In this document: piece after piece, positions 54,081 to 64,000 of the stretch
How positions within the stretch are numbered: position 1 is the first letter of the stretch
How the letters are laid out: each line of letters starts with the position of its first letter
Origin: an uncultured Chloroflexia bacterium
Lineage (GTDB): Bacteria; Chloroflexota; Limnocylindria; Limnocylindrales; CSP1-4
Length of the DNA: 64,000 bases
Direction of reading: 5' to 3'
Assembly: GCA_963776355.1 (NCBI GenBank)
Contig: CAVZLU010000001.1
Span: forward strand, 5,685 to 69,684
Notes under the pieces: generated by a model
What the model was told of the DNA's origin: nothing
Databases searched by the model: none
What the model saw: only the letters and a program-made list of their open reading frames with translations
Made by a program: the position numbers and the translations under genes

Positions 54081-54132
54081 GTGCCCTCGGTGGCAGGCCC
54101 GCGGCAGCCGTGCTAGGCTCCCGCGACCGGGC

Positions 54133-54146
54133 TGCAAACGCTTCCG
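54133..54146. promoter_or_regulatory. Candidate LacI-family operator
   Basis: TGCAAACGCTTCCG upstream of the 54185 gene. Confidence 0.55.
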
Positions 54147-54184
54147 GCCCGGCGGCCGTATCCTACAGCGGGAGGAAATGACCC

Positions 54185-55300
54185 GTGGCGGACACGCAGA
54201 TTGCCTTCACCGAGCTGCTCGGGCGCCGCGTCCGCATGGGTCCCTGGGAAGACCAGAAGATCTCCACGTACCGCAAGGTCCTGGAAGCGCTCGCCGAGCA
54301 CCGCTGGGACAACGCGGCGGCGCTGGAGGCCTACTTCATCGACGAGGCGAACGTCTGCTTCACGCTCTACCGCCAGTGGATCGGGGACCTCAACGGCTAC
54401 CTGACCGAGAAGGGCGTCGACGCCGCCAAGATCAGGGACCGCAACGAGCAGGCGGTCCGGGTCGCGAAGCTGCCGGACGGCTCTCCCTGGGAGCCGCGCC
54501 GCCACTGGGACCGCTTCCTGTCCGAGATGCAGCAGACGACCGCGGCCACCTATCGCGAGAAGCCCGAGGAGGCGCAGCGGCTGCTTGATGTCGCCAAGGA
54601 GACCTGGCGCCAGTGCCACGATCGGGACGTGGACCACACGTATGCCCTGATGTCCCTCGTGCTGGAGGAGCTGGGCGAGCCGGCGGTCCGCGACATGTAC
54701 GAGCGCGTCCTGCTCCCGCTCTTCGTCTGGCGCTACGAGAAGTTCGACATCGACAAGCACCCCTGGGACCAGGCGCTCGAGACCCTGATGCTCGTGGCCT
54801 GCGAGGCGATGCGCGGCCACCTCGTGGGCCCCGAGCGTACGGGCGACTTCGAGCTGATCGAGCTCGAGGACCGCTACGTCCTTCGCTTCGACGCGTGCGG
54901 ATCCGGCGGGCGGACTCTCAGGGGAGACTGGATCGAACGGACTCCCGCGCGCATGGAGGCGCCCTACAACTGGGCTGTCACGCAGGAGAAGCACTCCTGG
55001 AACCACTACACGCCGGGCGTCTGCATCTACTGCGCTCATTGCATCGTCCTCATGGAGGAGATGCCCATCGACCGCTTCGGGTACCCGGTGCGGGTGATCG
55101 ATCCTCCCACCTACCCGGACACGAACCCGGACCCGGACGTCCGCCAGAAGTGCCAGTGGCAGATGTTCAAGGATCCGACGAAGGTGCCGGAGGAGTACTA
55201 CACCCGCGTCGGGCGAGCGAAGCCCACGGCGTTTGGCTCGCATTCGACCAATGCGCGCGAGCTGCCCGTCATCAACGCCGGGCTGCCTGGCGCCGGCTGA
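54185..55300 (+). CDS. Hypothetical Cys/His-rich soluble protein
   Basis: GGAGG RBS, strong coding bias; motifs CHD, MRGH, CGSGGR, CIYCAHC, CQW. Confidence 0.85.
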   Translation: MADTQIAFTELLGRRVRMGPWEDQKISTYRKVLEALAEHRWDNAAALEAYFIDEANVCFTLYRQWIGDLNGYLTEKGVDAAKIRDRNEQAVRVAKLPDGSPWEPRRHWDRFLSEMQQTTAATYREKPEEAQRLLDVAKETWRQCHDRDVDHTYALMSLVLEELGEPAVRDMYERVLLPLFVWRYEKFDIDKHPWDQALETLMLVACEAMRGHLVGPERTGDFELIELEDRYVLRFDACGSGGRTLRGDWIERTPARMEAPYNWAVTQEKHSWNHYTPGVCIYCAHCIVLMEEMPIDRFGYPVRVIDPPTYPDTNPDPDVRQKCQWQMFKDPTKVPEEYYTRVGRAKPTAFGSHSTNARELPVINAGLPGAG

Positions 55301-55320
55301 CATCACTGCTGCCCACCCAG

Positions 55321-55360
55321 ACGAACGCGGCGCCGGACTCCTCCCCGGCGCCGCGTTCGT
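55321..55360. terminator. Bidirectional terminator-like hairpin
   Basis: ACGAACGCGGCGCCGG-actcctcc-CCGGCGCCGCGTTCGT perfect 16-bp stem between convergent genes. Confidence 0.7.
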
Positions 55361-55504
55361 GCGTCGCGCGGGTCGGCGATGTGTCGCTCAGCCGCCTCGC
55401 CCGACGGTGCGCACGCCTGCCGGTCACGGCAAGACGCCGACGGCGAGGCACCGGGGAATCGTCGGTCTCGCCCGCGCCCGGCGGCGCGCCGATCGGGCGC
55501 CTCC

Positions 55505-55792
55505 TCAGCCGATGACCTCGTAGACCTGCAGCTCGTAGTCGTCGTAGAGGGCTTTCATCGCCGGCTGCAGCGCCTGGTGGGCCTCCGAGGCTGCCCAGGC
55601 GGCTGCGCTCTCCGTGTCGACGAAGCGGGTCACCATCTGGAAGCGCGTCGGGCTTGACGCCTCGCGAAGGAGCTCGACCCGCACGAAGCCCGCCGATAGA
55701 GCCATCGTCGGCGCGTAGGTGGAGGCGAAGAGCCGCTCGAACGCCCCGGTCGCATCCGGGTGGACATTGAACGTGATGTGTCGTTCGATCAT
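55505..55792 (-). CDS. ABM-family (dimeric alpha-beta barrel) monooxygenase-like protein
   Basis: GGAGG RBS; GFVRVELLR, AWAASEAHQ. Confidence 0.75.
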   Translation of the reverse strand: MIERHITFNVHPDATGAFERLFASTYAPTMALSAGFVRVELLREASSPTRFQMVTRFVDTESAAAWAASEAHQALQPAMKALYDDYELQVYEVIG

Positions 55793-56007
55793 GTCTGGAC
55801 CTCCGTTCGGGCCATGCCGCACGCGTCGGATCGGGCGCACCCCTCGGATCGGGCGCCCAGGGCGACGTTACCGCCTGGGCTCGCCGCCGACTCGCCCGAC
55901 CCGCCGCCGCCCCCGCCATCGTTTGCGTGGTGATCCTGGGCCCTCCAGCGGGAGCCCGACCCCGGCACATCGCCCTGCCGGCGGCCTCGAAGGGGTCCCG
56001 ACAGGAC

Positions 56008-56035
56008 TTGACGGATTGTCAGATTGTCCTACAGT
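56008..56035 (+). promoter_or_regulatory. Sigma70-like promoter with overlapping direct-repeat operator
   Basis: TTGACG, 16 nt, TACAGT; spacer is GATTGTC-A-GATTGTC-C; AT-rich patch in very GC-rich DNA. Confidence 0.55.
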
Positions 56036-56135
56036 GTGGCGGGTACGGCAGACCCCGGAGGACTCCGCTGGCTGCCCGCTATAGTCGGGGCGCCGTCCGC
56101 GGTCTCGCGGGCGCATCGACTGCCGAGGAGGAGAC

Positions 56136-57314
56136 ATGAGGCTCGGGTTCCGCCGGGGAGCCGCCATCGTGGCGATCACCGGCTTGATCGTTTCTGCGTG
56201 CAGCTCGGGCGCAACCGCATCGCCCGCGGCGTCGGCGGCGCCGGCGGCATCGACGGCCCCCGCCGCGTCGACGGCCCCCGCCGCGTCGACGGCCGCCAAG
56301 GGCTGGCCGTACACGGGCACGCTCAAGGACGGGTCGACGTTCACGCTCAACCCGCGCGTCGCCGACAAGCTCGCGAAGGGCGAGCCGATCAACTACGTCT
56401 TCAACTATGGCTCCACGGCCATCCCGCTCTTCTCGCCGCAGTACCTCCAGGGCTACAACAAGACCCTCCCTGAGGCCCAGAAGATCCTGCCGATGAACGG
56501 CACGGCGAGCGCGCCGTCGTCGGCGGTCCAGGACATGAACGAGCAGATCGCGATGATCCAGGCGGTCTGGAAGGCGGACCAGATCGACTGCCTGTCGATC
56601 CAGTCGACGGGCACGGACGTCTTCACGAAGATCGTCAACGACATCGAGGCCACTGGGATCCCGGTGTTCACGGTCGGCGTCGAGTCGAATGGCAACGAGC
56701 TGACCAACTTCACCCAGATCTCGAACAAGGAAGGCCACCAGGCCGCGCAGATCGTCGTGGACTGGATGAAGGAGACGGGCAACGCCCTCAAGGTGTTCGC
56801 CGTCTCCGGTGGCGACCCGACCCAGAACTGGGCCCAGGGCCGCATGCAGGGGTTCATCGACGGCATCAAGGCGGCGGTCCCCGACGCCACGTTCCTCAAC
56901 GACGCGAAGAGCGCGCTGACGACGACCTATGACCCGGCCGGCACGTATGACGCCTACAAGGCGTTCATCCAGGGCAACCCGACCGTGCAGTTCATCGAGA
57001 ACGTCGACATCGGCGCCGAGCACGCCGACCGGGCGATCAAGGACTCCGGCAACGACGGCAAGATCCACACCATCGGCTGGAACGTCAGCATCGGCCAGCT
57101 CGACGGCGTGCAGCAAGGCACCCAGGTCGCCGCGCTCGACCAGCAGTGGGGCGAGCAGGCGGGGTTCGGCGCGCTCGCCTGTGCCGAGTTCCTCAAGAAC
57201 GGCAAGATCCTGCCGAACTCCCAGGTCCTCAAGCCGGTCACGAAGGCGAACGTCGACGAGGCTCGCGCGGAGTTCATGAAGTTCGTCGAGGCGACCGCGG
57301 CCCCGTCGCCGTAG
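56136..57314 (+). CDS. Sugar ABC substrate-binding lipoprotein
   Basis: Lipobox VSAC, APAAST linker, GRMQGF, IGWN, LDQQW; heads a permease/ATPase operon. Confidence 0.85.
   Translation: MRLGFRRGAAIVAITGLIVSACSSGATASPAASAAPAASTAPAASTAPAASTAAKGWPYTGTLKDGSTFTLNPRVADKLAKGEPINYVFNYGSTAIPLFSPQYLQGYNKTLPEAQKILPMNGTASAPSSAVQDMNEQIAMIQAVWKADQIDCLSIQSTGTDVFTKIVNDIEATGIPVFTVGVESNGNELTNFTQISNKEGHQAAQIVVDWMKETGNALKVFAVSGGDPTQNWAQGRMQGFIDGIKAAVPDATFLNDAKSALTTTYDPAGTYDAYKAFIQGNPTVQFIENVDIGAEHADRAIKDSGNDGKIHTIGWNVSIGQLDGVQQGTQVAALDQQWGEQAGFGALACAEFLKNGKILPNSQVLKPVTKANVDEARAEFMKFVEATAAPSP
56238..56294 (+). repeat. 18-bp tandem coding repeat (APAAST) x3
   Basis: GCCCCCGCCGCGTCGACG units in the SBP linker. 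Confidence 0.75.
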
Positions 57315-57427
57315 ACGACCCGACGGCACGCGCATAGCAGCGGCGGGTCGGCCTGGCGGTGATCGCACCGCCGGCCGGCCCGTCGTCGACATGAGACCAC
57401 TCTAGTCAGACGAGGAGCAGCCCCAGG

Positions 57428-58480
57428 ATGGCCGGACAATCCATTGCGCCGGGGTCCGCACCACCTGTCGCACGTGCGGGTCGAGGATGGTCGTCCCGGG
57501 CGCGGGAGGCCGGCCTCCGGCTCGGTGGCCTCGCAATCGCGATCCTCATCGTCATCCTCATCTTCACGTTCCTCAGCAAGCCGAACACCTTCCTGACCGT
57601 CACCAACGCCCTGGGCATCATGCGGTCGATGAGCACGATCGCGATCATCGGCCTCGGGCTCACGCTCGTGATCGTCGTCGGCGAGATCGACCTGTCGATC
57701 GGCTACATGTACGGGCTCGCCGCGACCCTGTGCGCGGTCTCCTGGATCAACTGGGGCTGGCCGATCTGGCTGGCCATCCTGTTCGCCCTCGGGGCGGCGG
57801 CGTCCGTCGGGGCGATCAACGCCTTCCTCGTCACGGTGGTCAAGATCCCCTCGTTCATCGTCACCCTGGGCATGGGCCAGCTGATCTTCGGGATGACGTT
57901 GCTGACCTCGAACACGGCGAACCTGAACCCTTCGTATCCGACCGGCGGCAAGCCCGTCCCGCAGGGGGAGATCGACTGGTTCTTGGGGCTGTCGAACCAG
58001 CCTCTTCCGTTCGGCATCCCCATGCAGGGGCTGTGGATGATCGGGATCGCGATCGTCATCGGCTTCGTCCTGAGCCGCTCCCTGTTCGGGTTCCGGCTCA
58101 AGGCCATCGGCGGCAATCCCCTCGCGGCCGACCTGGCCCGCCTGCCGATCCGCAAGTACAAGTTCGCGGCGTTCATGACCTGCTCCATGCTCGCCGCCAC
58201 GGCCGCGATCCTCGACTTCGCCTTCATCGGCTCCACCCAGCCGAACGCCGGCGTCTCGCTGACGTTCCCGGTCTTCGCCGCGGTCATCATCGGCGGGGCA
58301 AGCCTCTCGGGCGGCCGCGGGACGGCCATCGGGACCGTGAGCGGCGCCCTGCTGCTGGCGATCATCGCGAACGGGCTGGCGCTCCTCTCGGTCGGCTCCT
58401 ACCTCAGCCAGTTCGCATCGGGCGGCGTGACGATCGCGGCGGTGGTCCTCGACCGCTTCACCCAGAGCCTGCGGAAGTAG
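57428..58480 (+). CDS. Sugar ABC permease
   Basis: GEIDLSIG, IPSFIVTLG, AIGGN, AAVIIGGASLSGGRG. Confidence 0.9.
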   Translation: MAGQSIAPGSAPPVARAGRGWSSRAREAGLRLGGLAIAILIVILIFTFLSKPNTFLTVTNALGIMRSMSTIAIIGLGLTLVIVVGEIDLSIGYMYGLAATLCAVSWINWGWPIWLAILFALGAAASVGAINAFLVTVVKIPSFIVTLGMGQLIFGMTLLTSNTANLNPSYPTGGKPVPQGEIDWFLGLSNQPLPFGIPMQGLWMIGIAIVIGFVLSRSLFGFRLKAIGGNPLAADLARLPIRKYKFAAFMTCSMLAATAAILDFAFIGSTQPNAGVSLTFPVFAAVIIGGASLSGGRGTAIGTVSGALLLAIIANGLALLSVGSYLSQFASGGVTIAAVVLDRFTQSLRK

Positions 58481-58487
58481 GCGCTGC

Positions 58488-60027
58488 GTGACGGACGTGG
58501 TCGACTCCCCTTCGCCGGGCCCCGCCGAGGCGGCGGGCTCGGGCCTGGTCCTGCGGGGCATCCGCAAGTGGTACGGCGACACGCGGGCTCTCGAAGGCCT
58601 GGACCTCGAGGCGCGCCACGGCGAGATCCTCGGCGTCGCCGGGCCCAACGGCGCCGGCAAGAGCACCGTGATCAAGATCCTCGCGGGCGAGGTGCGCGAG
58701 GACGCCGGCGAGTTCCTGCTCGACGAAGCAGAGTGGAAGCCGCTCGAGCACCGCGACGTGGTGGCCGTGGTGCACCAGGAGCCGCAGCTCTTCCCGAACC
58801 TGACCGTTGCCCAGAACCTCATGATCGGCCGCGAAGGCACGCGGGCACTGGTTCGAGACCTCGACGCCAAGGAGCGCTCGCTGATGCGGGATCTCGCGAT
58901 CCTTGACGACGCGGATCGCTCGCTCGGCTCGGTGCCGCTGGCGATGCGCCAGCGAGTGGAGATCGGGCGGGCGCTCGCCCGCGACGCGCAGGGTGTTCCT
59001 GTTCGACGAGCCCAACTCCGCGCTCACGCCGGGGGAGTCGAGCGACCTCTTCCGGCGCATGCATGCGCTCGCCGATGCGGGGCGCGTCGTGCTCCTGGTG
59101 TCGCACCGGATCGCGGAGCTCGCCGAGCATGCCGATCGCGTGGCGCTCATCCTCGACGGCCGCTGCACCGGCATCCTCGAGGGTGCGGCCCTCACCCAGG
59201 AGGGGATCGCGGCCGGCCTCGTCACGGGGCAGGCATCCCACGAGCCCGTCGAGCAGCTCGTTGCCGAGATGGGCGAGGTGAAGGGGACCGACCTGTACCT
59301 CTCGGGCTGGACCAGCGTCGATGGCGCGTTCTCCGACATCCAGCTCCGCATCCACCCCCGGGAGATCGCCGCGATCGTCGGCGTCGAGGGTTCGGGCGGT
59401 CGCGAGCTCGTGCGCTCGATCGCCGGCTTCGAGCGGAGCACGGGCACGATCGAGATCGCCGGCCACGCCGGGGCGACGGCCGCATCGGGCGCGAGCCTGG
59501 TCTCCGCGGACCGGCAGGCCAGCCTGTTCTCGAACCTGACGATCGGCGACAACATGGTCTCCCGCCTCGACGACGAGATCACCAGGGCCGGAATCGCGCT
59601 GCGTCGCGGCCGGATGCTCGAGATCGCGAACGACCTTCGGGAGCGGTTCCGCGTCAAGGCAACGTCGCTGCGCCTGCCGATCAGCTCGCTTTCGGGCGGG
59701 AACCAGCAGAAGGTCGCGATCTCCGCCGCGATCGTGCGGCGCCCCGAGGTCCTCGTGCTCGAGGAGCCCACGCGGGGCGTGGATCTCGGCTCGAAGCGGG
59801 AGATCTACCGGATTCTCCGCGAGTACGCCAACGAGGGCCACGCCGTGGTCATCTTCTGCACCGAGGTGCCCGAGGTGTTCGAGGCGGCCGACCTCGTCTA
59901 CGTCATGTCGGAGGGTCGGCTGGCGAACCCGCTCGTCGTGCTGGATCACGCGGACGTCGAGTCGCTGGCGCGCGCCATCACCCGCCTCGAGCGTCACGCG
60001 CGCGTCCAGCCCCAGCCGGCCGCGTAG
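58488..60027 (+). CDS. Sugar ABC ATPase (frameshift ~58,990)
   Basis: [30 protein letters not shown]. Confidence 0.9.
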
Positions 60028-60050
60028 GCGGCTCGCCACCGGGAGCGGGG

Positions 60051-61546
60051 ATGGGCACGCCGGGCCGCCCTCGCGTGCTCGTGGGCTGCCTCTTCCTGGA
60101 GGCCGACTCGTTCGCTGCCGGGGTGACGACACGCGCCGGCTTCGAGACGGCCGGAGTGCTCATCGGCGAGGCGCTCCGGCGCGACCGGCTGCCCGCCGGC
60201 AAGGAGCTCGCGGCCGCCTGGGACGCACTGGCGGACGCCGGCATCGAGGTCGTCCCCAGCCTCTTCGCCTGGTCGCCGCCGGGACCCACGGTCGCGGCGG
60301 CGGACTTCGAGGCCCTCGCCGCGGAGATCGTGGGACGCTGCGACACGTCGCTCGACGGGGTCTACCTGCAGCTCCACGGCTCGATGCTCGCAGAAGGCGT
60401 CGACGACCCGGAGGGCGCGCTGCTGGCTCGCCTGCGGGCACGCCTGCGGCCGGGGGTTCCGGTCGCGGTCTCCTTCGACTGCCACGCCACGATGAGCCGG
60501 GCGATCGCCGAGCACGCGGACATCGTCACCGCCTACCGCACGTGCCCGCACGTCGACCTCGAGCGGGCGGGCCGCCAGGCCGGCGCGCTGCTCGCGGAGG
60601 CGGTGGCCGGACGCGTTCGACCCGTGCTCGGCTGGGCTCGCCTGGCCATGACCGCGCCGCCCGGCCGGCATGATGACGCGTTCCCGCCCTTCGCCTCGAT
60701 GATGGCGGCCTGCGACGCCGCGGAGGCGCGACCGGGCGTGCTCGCGGCAGCGATGCTCCCCAGCCAGCCCTGGCTCGACGTGCCGGACCTGGGCTGGTCG
60801 GCGGTCGTGACGGCGGACGGGAACCGCCGGCTCGCGGATTCCACGGCCCGGGAGATCGCGCTGGGCGCCTGGGAGCGACGGGCCGCGTTCCTGACGGGAG
60901 TGCGCCTCCCCGTCAGCGAGGCGCTGGCCGTCGCGCTTCGGGGACCCGCGCCATACGTGATCGCGGATTCGGGTGACGCCACCAACGGCGGCTCGCCCGG
61001 CGACTCGACCGAGCTGCTCCGAGCGGCCATTCCCTATCGCGACCGGCGCATCTGGCTCACGATCACCGACCCGGCCGCGGCGACGGCGCTCCGCGCGGTC
61101 GACGTCGGGGGCGCCGCGCGCGTCGACCGTGGGCCGCGGCCCGCCGGGCACGTACAACGAAGGCGACGGCGGTCGAGGGGATCGTTCGGCTCCACCCGGA
61201 GGGGCGCTTCACCTACAGCCACCCGTTCTCGAGTGGGCTCGCCGGCGACCTGGGGACCTGTGCCGTGCTCGGCATCGGCGAGATCCGGGTCGTCATCCAC
61301 GAGCGGCCGGTCGGCCTCATCGATCCGGAGGCCTACGTGGGCGCCGGCCTGCGGCCGGAGGCTGCCGAGGTGCTGCAGGCGAAGTCGCACATCAGCTACC
61401 GGGCCGGCTTCGCCCGGATCACCCCGCGAAGCGTGGTGGCGTCCACGCCGGGCCCGACGACCGCGGACCTGGCGTCGCTGCCATGGCGCCGTCGACCGCG
61501 ACCGCTGTGGCCGTTCGAGGAACCCCCGACGCCCTGGCGCGACTGA
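60051..61546 (+). CDS. M81/MlrC-family metallohydrolase (frameshifts ~61,130-61,170)
   Basis: EADSF, DGVYLQLHGSM, DDPEG, SFDCHA, YRTCPHVD, ADSGD..GGSPGDST, KS..SYRAGF, RPRPLWPFE. Confidence 0.88.
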
Positions 61547-61649
61547 TGTGCCACGAGGAGGACCCCGCTCTGCGCCCGCGCGCGATCGCTCCGGGTGGCC
61601 CGCCGCCTCTATGATCCCTGGGTCGTCGTCGCAGCAGGAGGAACGCCCG

Positions 61650-62696
61650 ATGCTTTCGTCTCGGGATCGAGTGGCGGCGGCCCTCCGAGGCGAAGAGGCC
61701 GACCGCGTCCCGTACTGCGAGGTGTACCTGAGCCGGGCGTTCGCGCATCCGCTGATGGGCTGGCCGGGCGACCTGGACCATCACGCGAGCTTCGAGGCCA
61801 ACGAGTTCAGCCTCGACGAGGCCAAGGCGGTGGCCGAGCGCCTGCAGATGGACAACATCACGTACGTCCTCCGCGCGCCGATCTACGCCGACAAGACGGA
61901 GGGCAAGGGCGGCACGCTCTTCTACGGCGCCGGCTACATCCACAGCGAGGCCGATCTCGCCCAGGTCCAGCTCCCGGACCCGTACAACGATGCGCTCTAT
62001 GCCGAGGCCGAGGCCTACGCGGCGAACAAGGGGCCGTACTCCGCCTGGTTCATCACCCGGGTCGGCATCTCGCCGACGATGATGAGCATGGGGATCGAGG
62101 ACTTCAGCCTCGCCCTCTACGACGACCGCCGTCTCGTCGAACGCCTCCTCGACATGTACGTGGACTGGGTCGAGGTGGTGGCCGAGCGGATCTGCGCGCT
62201 GGACTTCGATGTCTTCGTCACCACCGACGACATCGCCTTCGGCCAGGGGCTCTTCTTCTCGCCCCAGGTCTTCCGCGAGCTCGTCTACCCTCGCTTCGAG
62301 CGGCTCGCCCGGAAGATCACCATCCCCTGGCTCTTCCACAGCGACGGCAACGTGACCGCGACTCCTCGACGACTTCGTCGAGCTCGGGATCCGCGCGATC
62401 CAGCCGGTCGAGCCGGCGGCGATGGACATCCGCGAGGTCAAGCGTCGCTACGGAGACAGGCTGTGCCTCTGCGGCAACGTCGACATGGACCTGCTCACGC
62501 GGGGGACGCCCGAGGAGGTCGACGAGACCGTCCGCGCCCTCATCCGCGACATCGCGCCCGGCGGCGGCTACATCGTCACGAGCGGCAACAGCCTCGCCCA
62601 CTACGTCCGGCCGGAGAACGCGGTCGCGATGTCGGAGGCGGTCCACCGGTACGGGACGTACCCGATCGCGATCCGGCAAGAGGAAGCTCCCATTGA
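61650..62696 (+). CDS. UroD/methylcobamide methyltransferase-family protein (frameshift ~62,360; 3' end uncertain)
   Basis: SRDRVAAALRGEEADRVP, TDDIA, FHSDGN, LCLCGNVD, GTPEEV, PGGGYI. Confidence 0.85.
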   Translation: MLSSRDRVAAALRGEEADRVPYCEVYLSRAFAHPLMGWPGDLDHHASFEANEFSLDEAKAVAERLQMDNITYVLRAPIYADKTEGKGGTLFYGAGYIHSEADLAQVQLPDPYNDALYAEAEAYAANKGPYSAWFITRVGISPTMMSMGIEDFSLALYDDRRLVERLLDMYVDWVEVVAERICALDFDVFVTTDDIAFGQGLFFSPQVFRELVYPRFERLARKITIPWLFHSDGNVTATPRRLRRARDPRDPAGRAGGDGHPRGQASLRRQAVPLRQRRHGPAHAGDARGGRRDRPRPHPRHRARRRLHRHERQQPRPLRPAGERGRDVGGGPPVRDVPDRDPARGSSH

Positions 62697-63734
62697 ACTC
62701 GCTGCAGCGGATCCGGTCTGCTCTTGCCGGCGACACCGCCGACCGCGTGCCCGTCTTTCCGATGATCATCTCGGGTACGGCCCGCTGGGCCGGCGTGCCG
62801 ATCTCCCGCTATGCCGCCGATCCCGAGGTCATGGCTGACTGCCTCATGGCGGCGCAGCGCCGGGCCGGCTACGACGGCATCCACGTCTCCCTCAACGTGA
62901 GCGTCGAAGCCGAGGCCGTCGGGGCGCCCATCGAGCAGCCCTTCGACGAGCTCCCCCACGTGGTGGCGCCCCTGCTGGCCGACCCGGCCGATCTCATCCG
63001 CCTGAAGGTGCCGGATCCACTCGCGGACGGCCGGCTTCCCATCTTCGTCGAGGCGACGCGCATCGTCGCGCGCGACGGTCGGCGAGACGGTCCTGGTCGT
63101 TCCCAACATCCGCGGGCCGATGTCGATGGCGAGCCAGCTGCGGGGCATGGAGCCGCTGCTGATGGACCTCATCGACGCACCGGACTTCGTCGTGGACCTG
63201 CTCGCGTTCTGCGCCGAGGTCGGCGCGGTGTTCGGTGCGGCACTGAGCCGAGCGGGTGGCCACGCGATCATGCTCGGCGACGCCCTGTGCTCACCGGCGA
63301 CGATCTCGCCCACGACGTACCGTCGCGTCGCGCAGCCCGTGCACACCGAGATGATCCGACGATTGCACGAGGCGGGCGCGGAGACCGTGATCATGCACGT
63401 GTGCGGAGACATCCGGCCCATCATCCCCGACCTGGTTGCGACCGGCGCGGACGTGCTGGACCTCGACACGGCCGTGCCGCTCGACGAGGCCCGGGCGCTT
63501 GCCGGCCCGGTTGTCGGCTTTCGCGGAAACGTCAGCCCGTCATTTCTGTATCGCGCGGCGCCCGCGGCTGTCCTGGAGGTCGCGCGTCAGACGATCGACG
63601 CCGGCGGAAGCACCAGCTTCGTGCTCGGGACGGGATGCGAAGTGCCCATCGGCACCGCGATCGAGAACGTGATCGCGATGGTGGACGCTTCGCGACAGGC
63701 CTCCGCTCGTGACGGGGCGAGGGGGAGCACCTGA
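62693..63734 (+). CDS. UroD/MtaA-CmuA-family protein (frameshift ~63,075)
   Basis: RIRSALAGDTADRVPVFP, VEAEAVGA, GPMSMA, MHVCG, GNVSP, GTGCEVP...EN (HxC...C Zn motif). Confidence 0.85.
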
Positions 63735-63764
63735 GGCCTCCGCATCCCCTTCGGATTCCGTGAC

Positions 63765-64000
63765 ATGAGCGTGGTCGCCCTGGACATCGGAACGTCGCGG
63801 ATCAAGGCCGTTCTCGGGAGCTGGGATGGGGCGATCGGGGCCGTCCGCGGTGTTCCGACCCCGGTGGTGGCCACGGCCGGCGTCATGCACGAGTTCCCGG
63901 CCGGCGCGGTCCGCGCGGCCGCGGAAGCGCTCGTCACCGCTGTGGCGGCCTCGGTTCCCGGCGACCCGGTCGACACGCTCGTCGTCTCGTGCCTCGGGAC
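63765..64000 (+). CDS. FGGY-family carbohydrate kinase, 3'-partial
   Basis: MSVVALDIGTSRIKAV N-terminal ATP-binding motif. Confidence 0.75.
   Translation, partial: MSVVALDIGTSRIKAVLGSWDGAIGAVRGVPTPVVATAGVMHEFPAGAVRAAAEALVTAVAASVPGDPVDTLVVSCLG

Noticed and set aside
55490-55860. Recurrent GATCGGGCGC motif around the ABM gene
   Set aside because: Short, GC-rich and irregularly spaced; not distinguishable from background
58488-62696. 1402-aa apparent ATPase-MlrC-UroD fusion (similarly 45029-48520 and 48348-50894)
   Set aside because: Artefact of frameshifts linking separate genes, each with its own start

Overview
The window has two very different halves. Positions 1-~11,955 (visibly moderate GC, Acidobacteria-like) hold a frameshifted TonB-dependent receptor, a secreted hypothetical protein, a GntP permease and a truncated ppa. 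These are followed by a three-tier nest of mobile DNA: an IS21-family element (istA fragment, istB, Toprim passenger), an ORF-less group II intron inserted in the IS terminus, and a 3.25-kb large-serine-recombinase element inserted exactly in the istB Walker A codons. The most striking feature is that the recombinase element's first gene has no start codon in the integrated state. Its RBS and ATG lie at the opposite end of the element and join in frame only on excision or circularisation, which also restores istB perfectly. Positions ~11,956-64,000 (visibly very high GC, Chloroflexota/Actinobacteria-like) hold an oxidative pentose-phosphate operon, psuK/psuG-like genes, an ABC-2 exporter and a >30-kb catabolic island. 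The island has two sugar ABC systems, two fucose/arabinose-isomerase-like genes, two enolase-superfamily genes, SDRs, a P450, orphan E1 alpha/beta, MlrC, two UroD-family genes and an FGGY kinase, with a recognisable LacI operator motif. The abrupt break at ~11,956 looks like an assembly or read chimera. Many genes carry indel frameshifts typical of long-read error. Family assignments are from motif recognition only; no searches were run.
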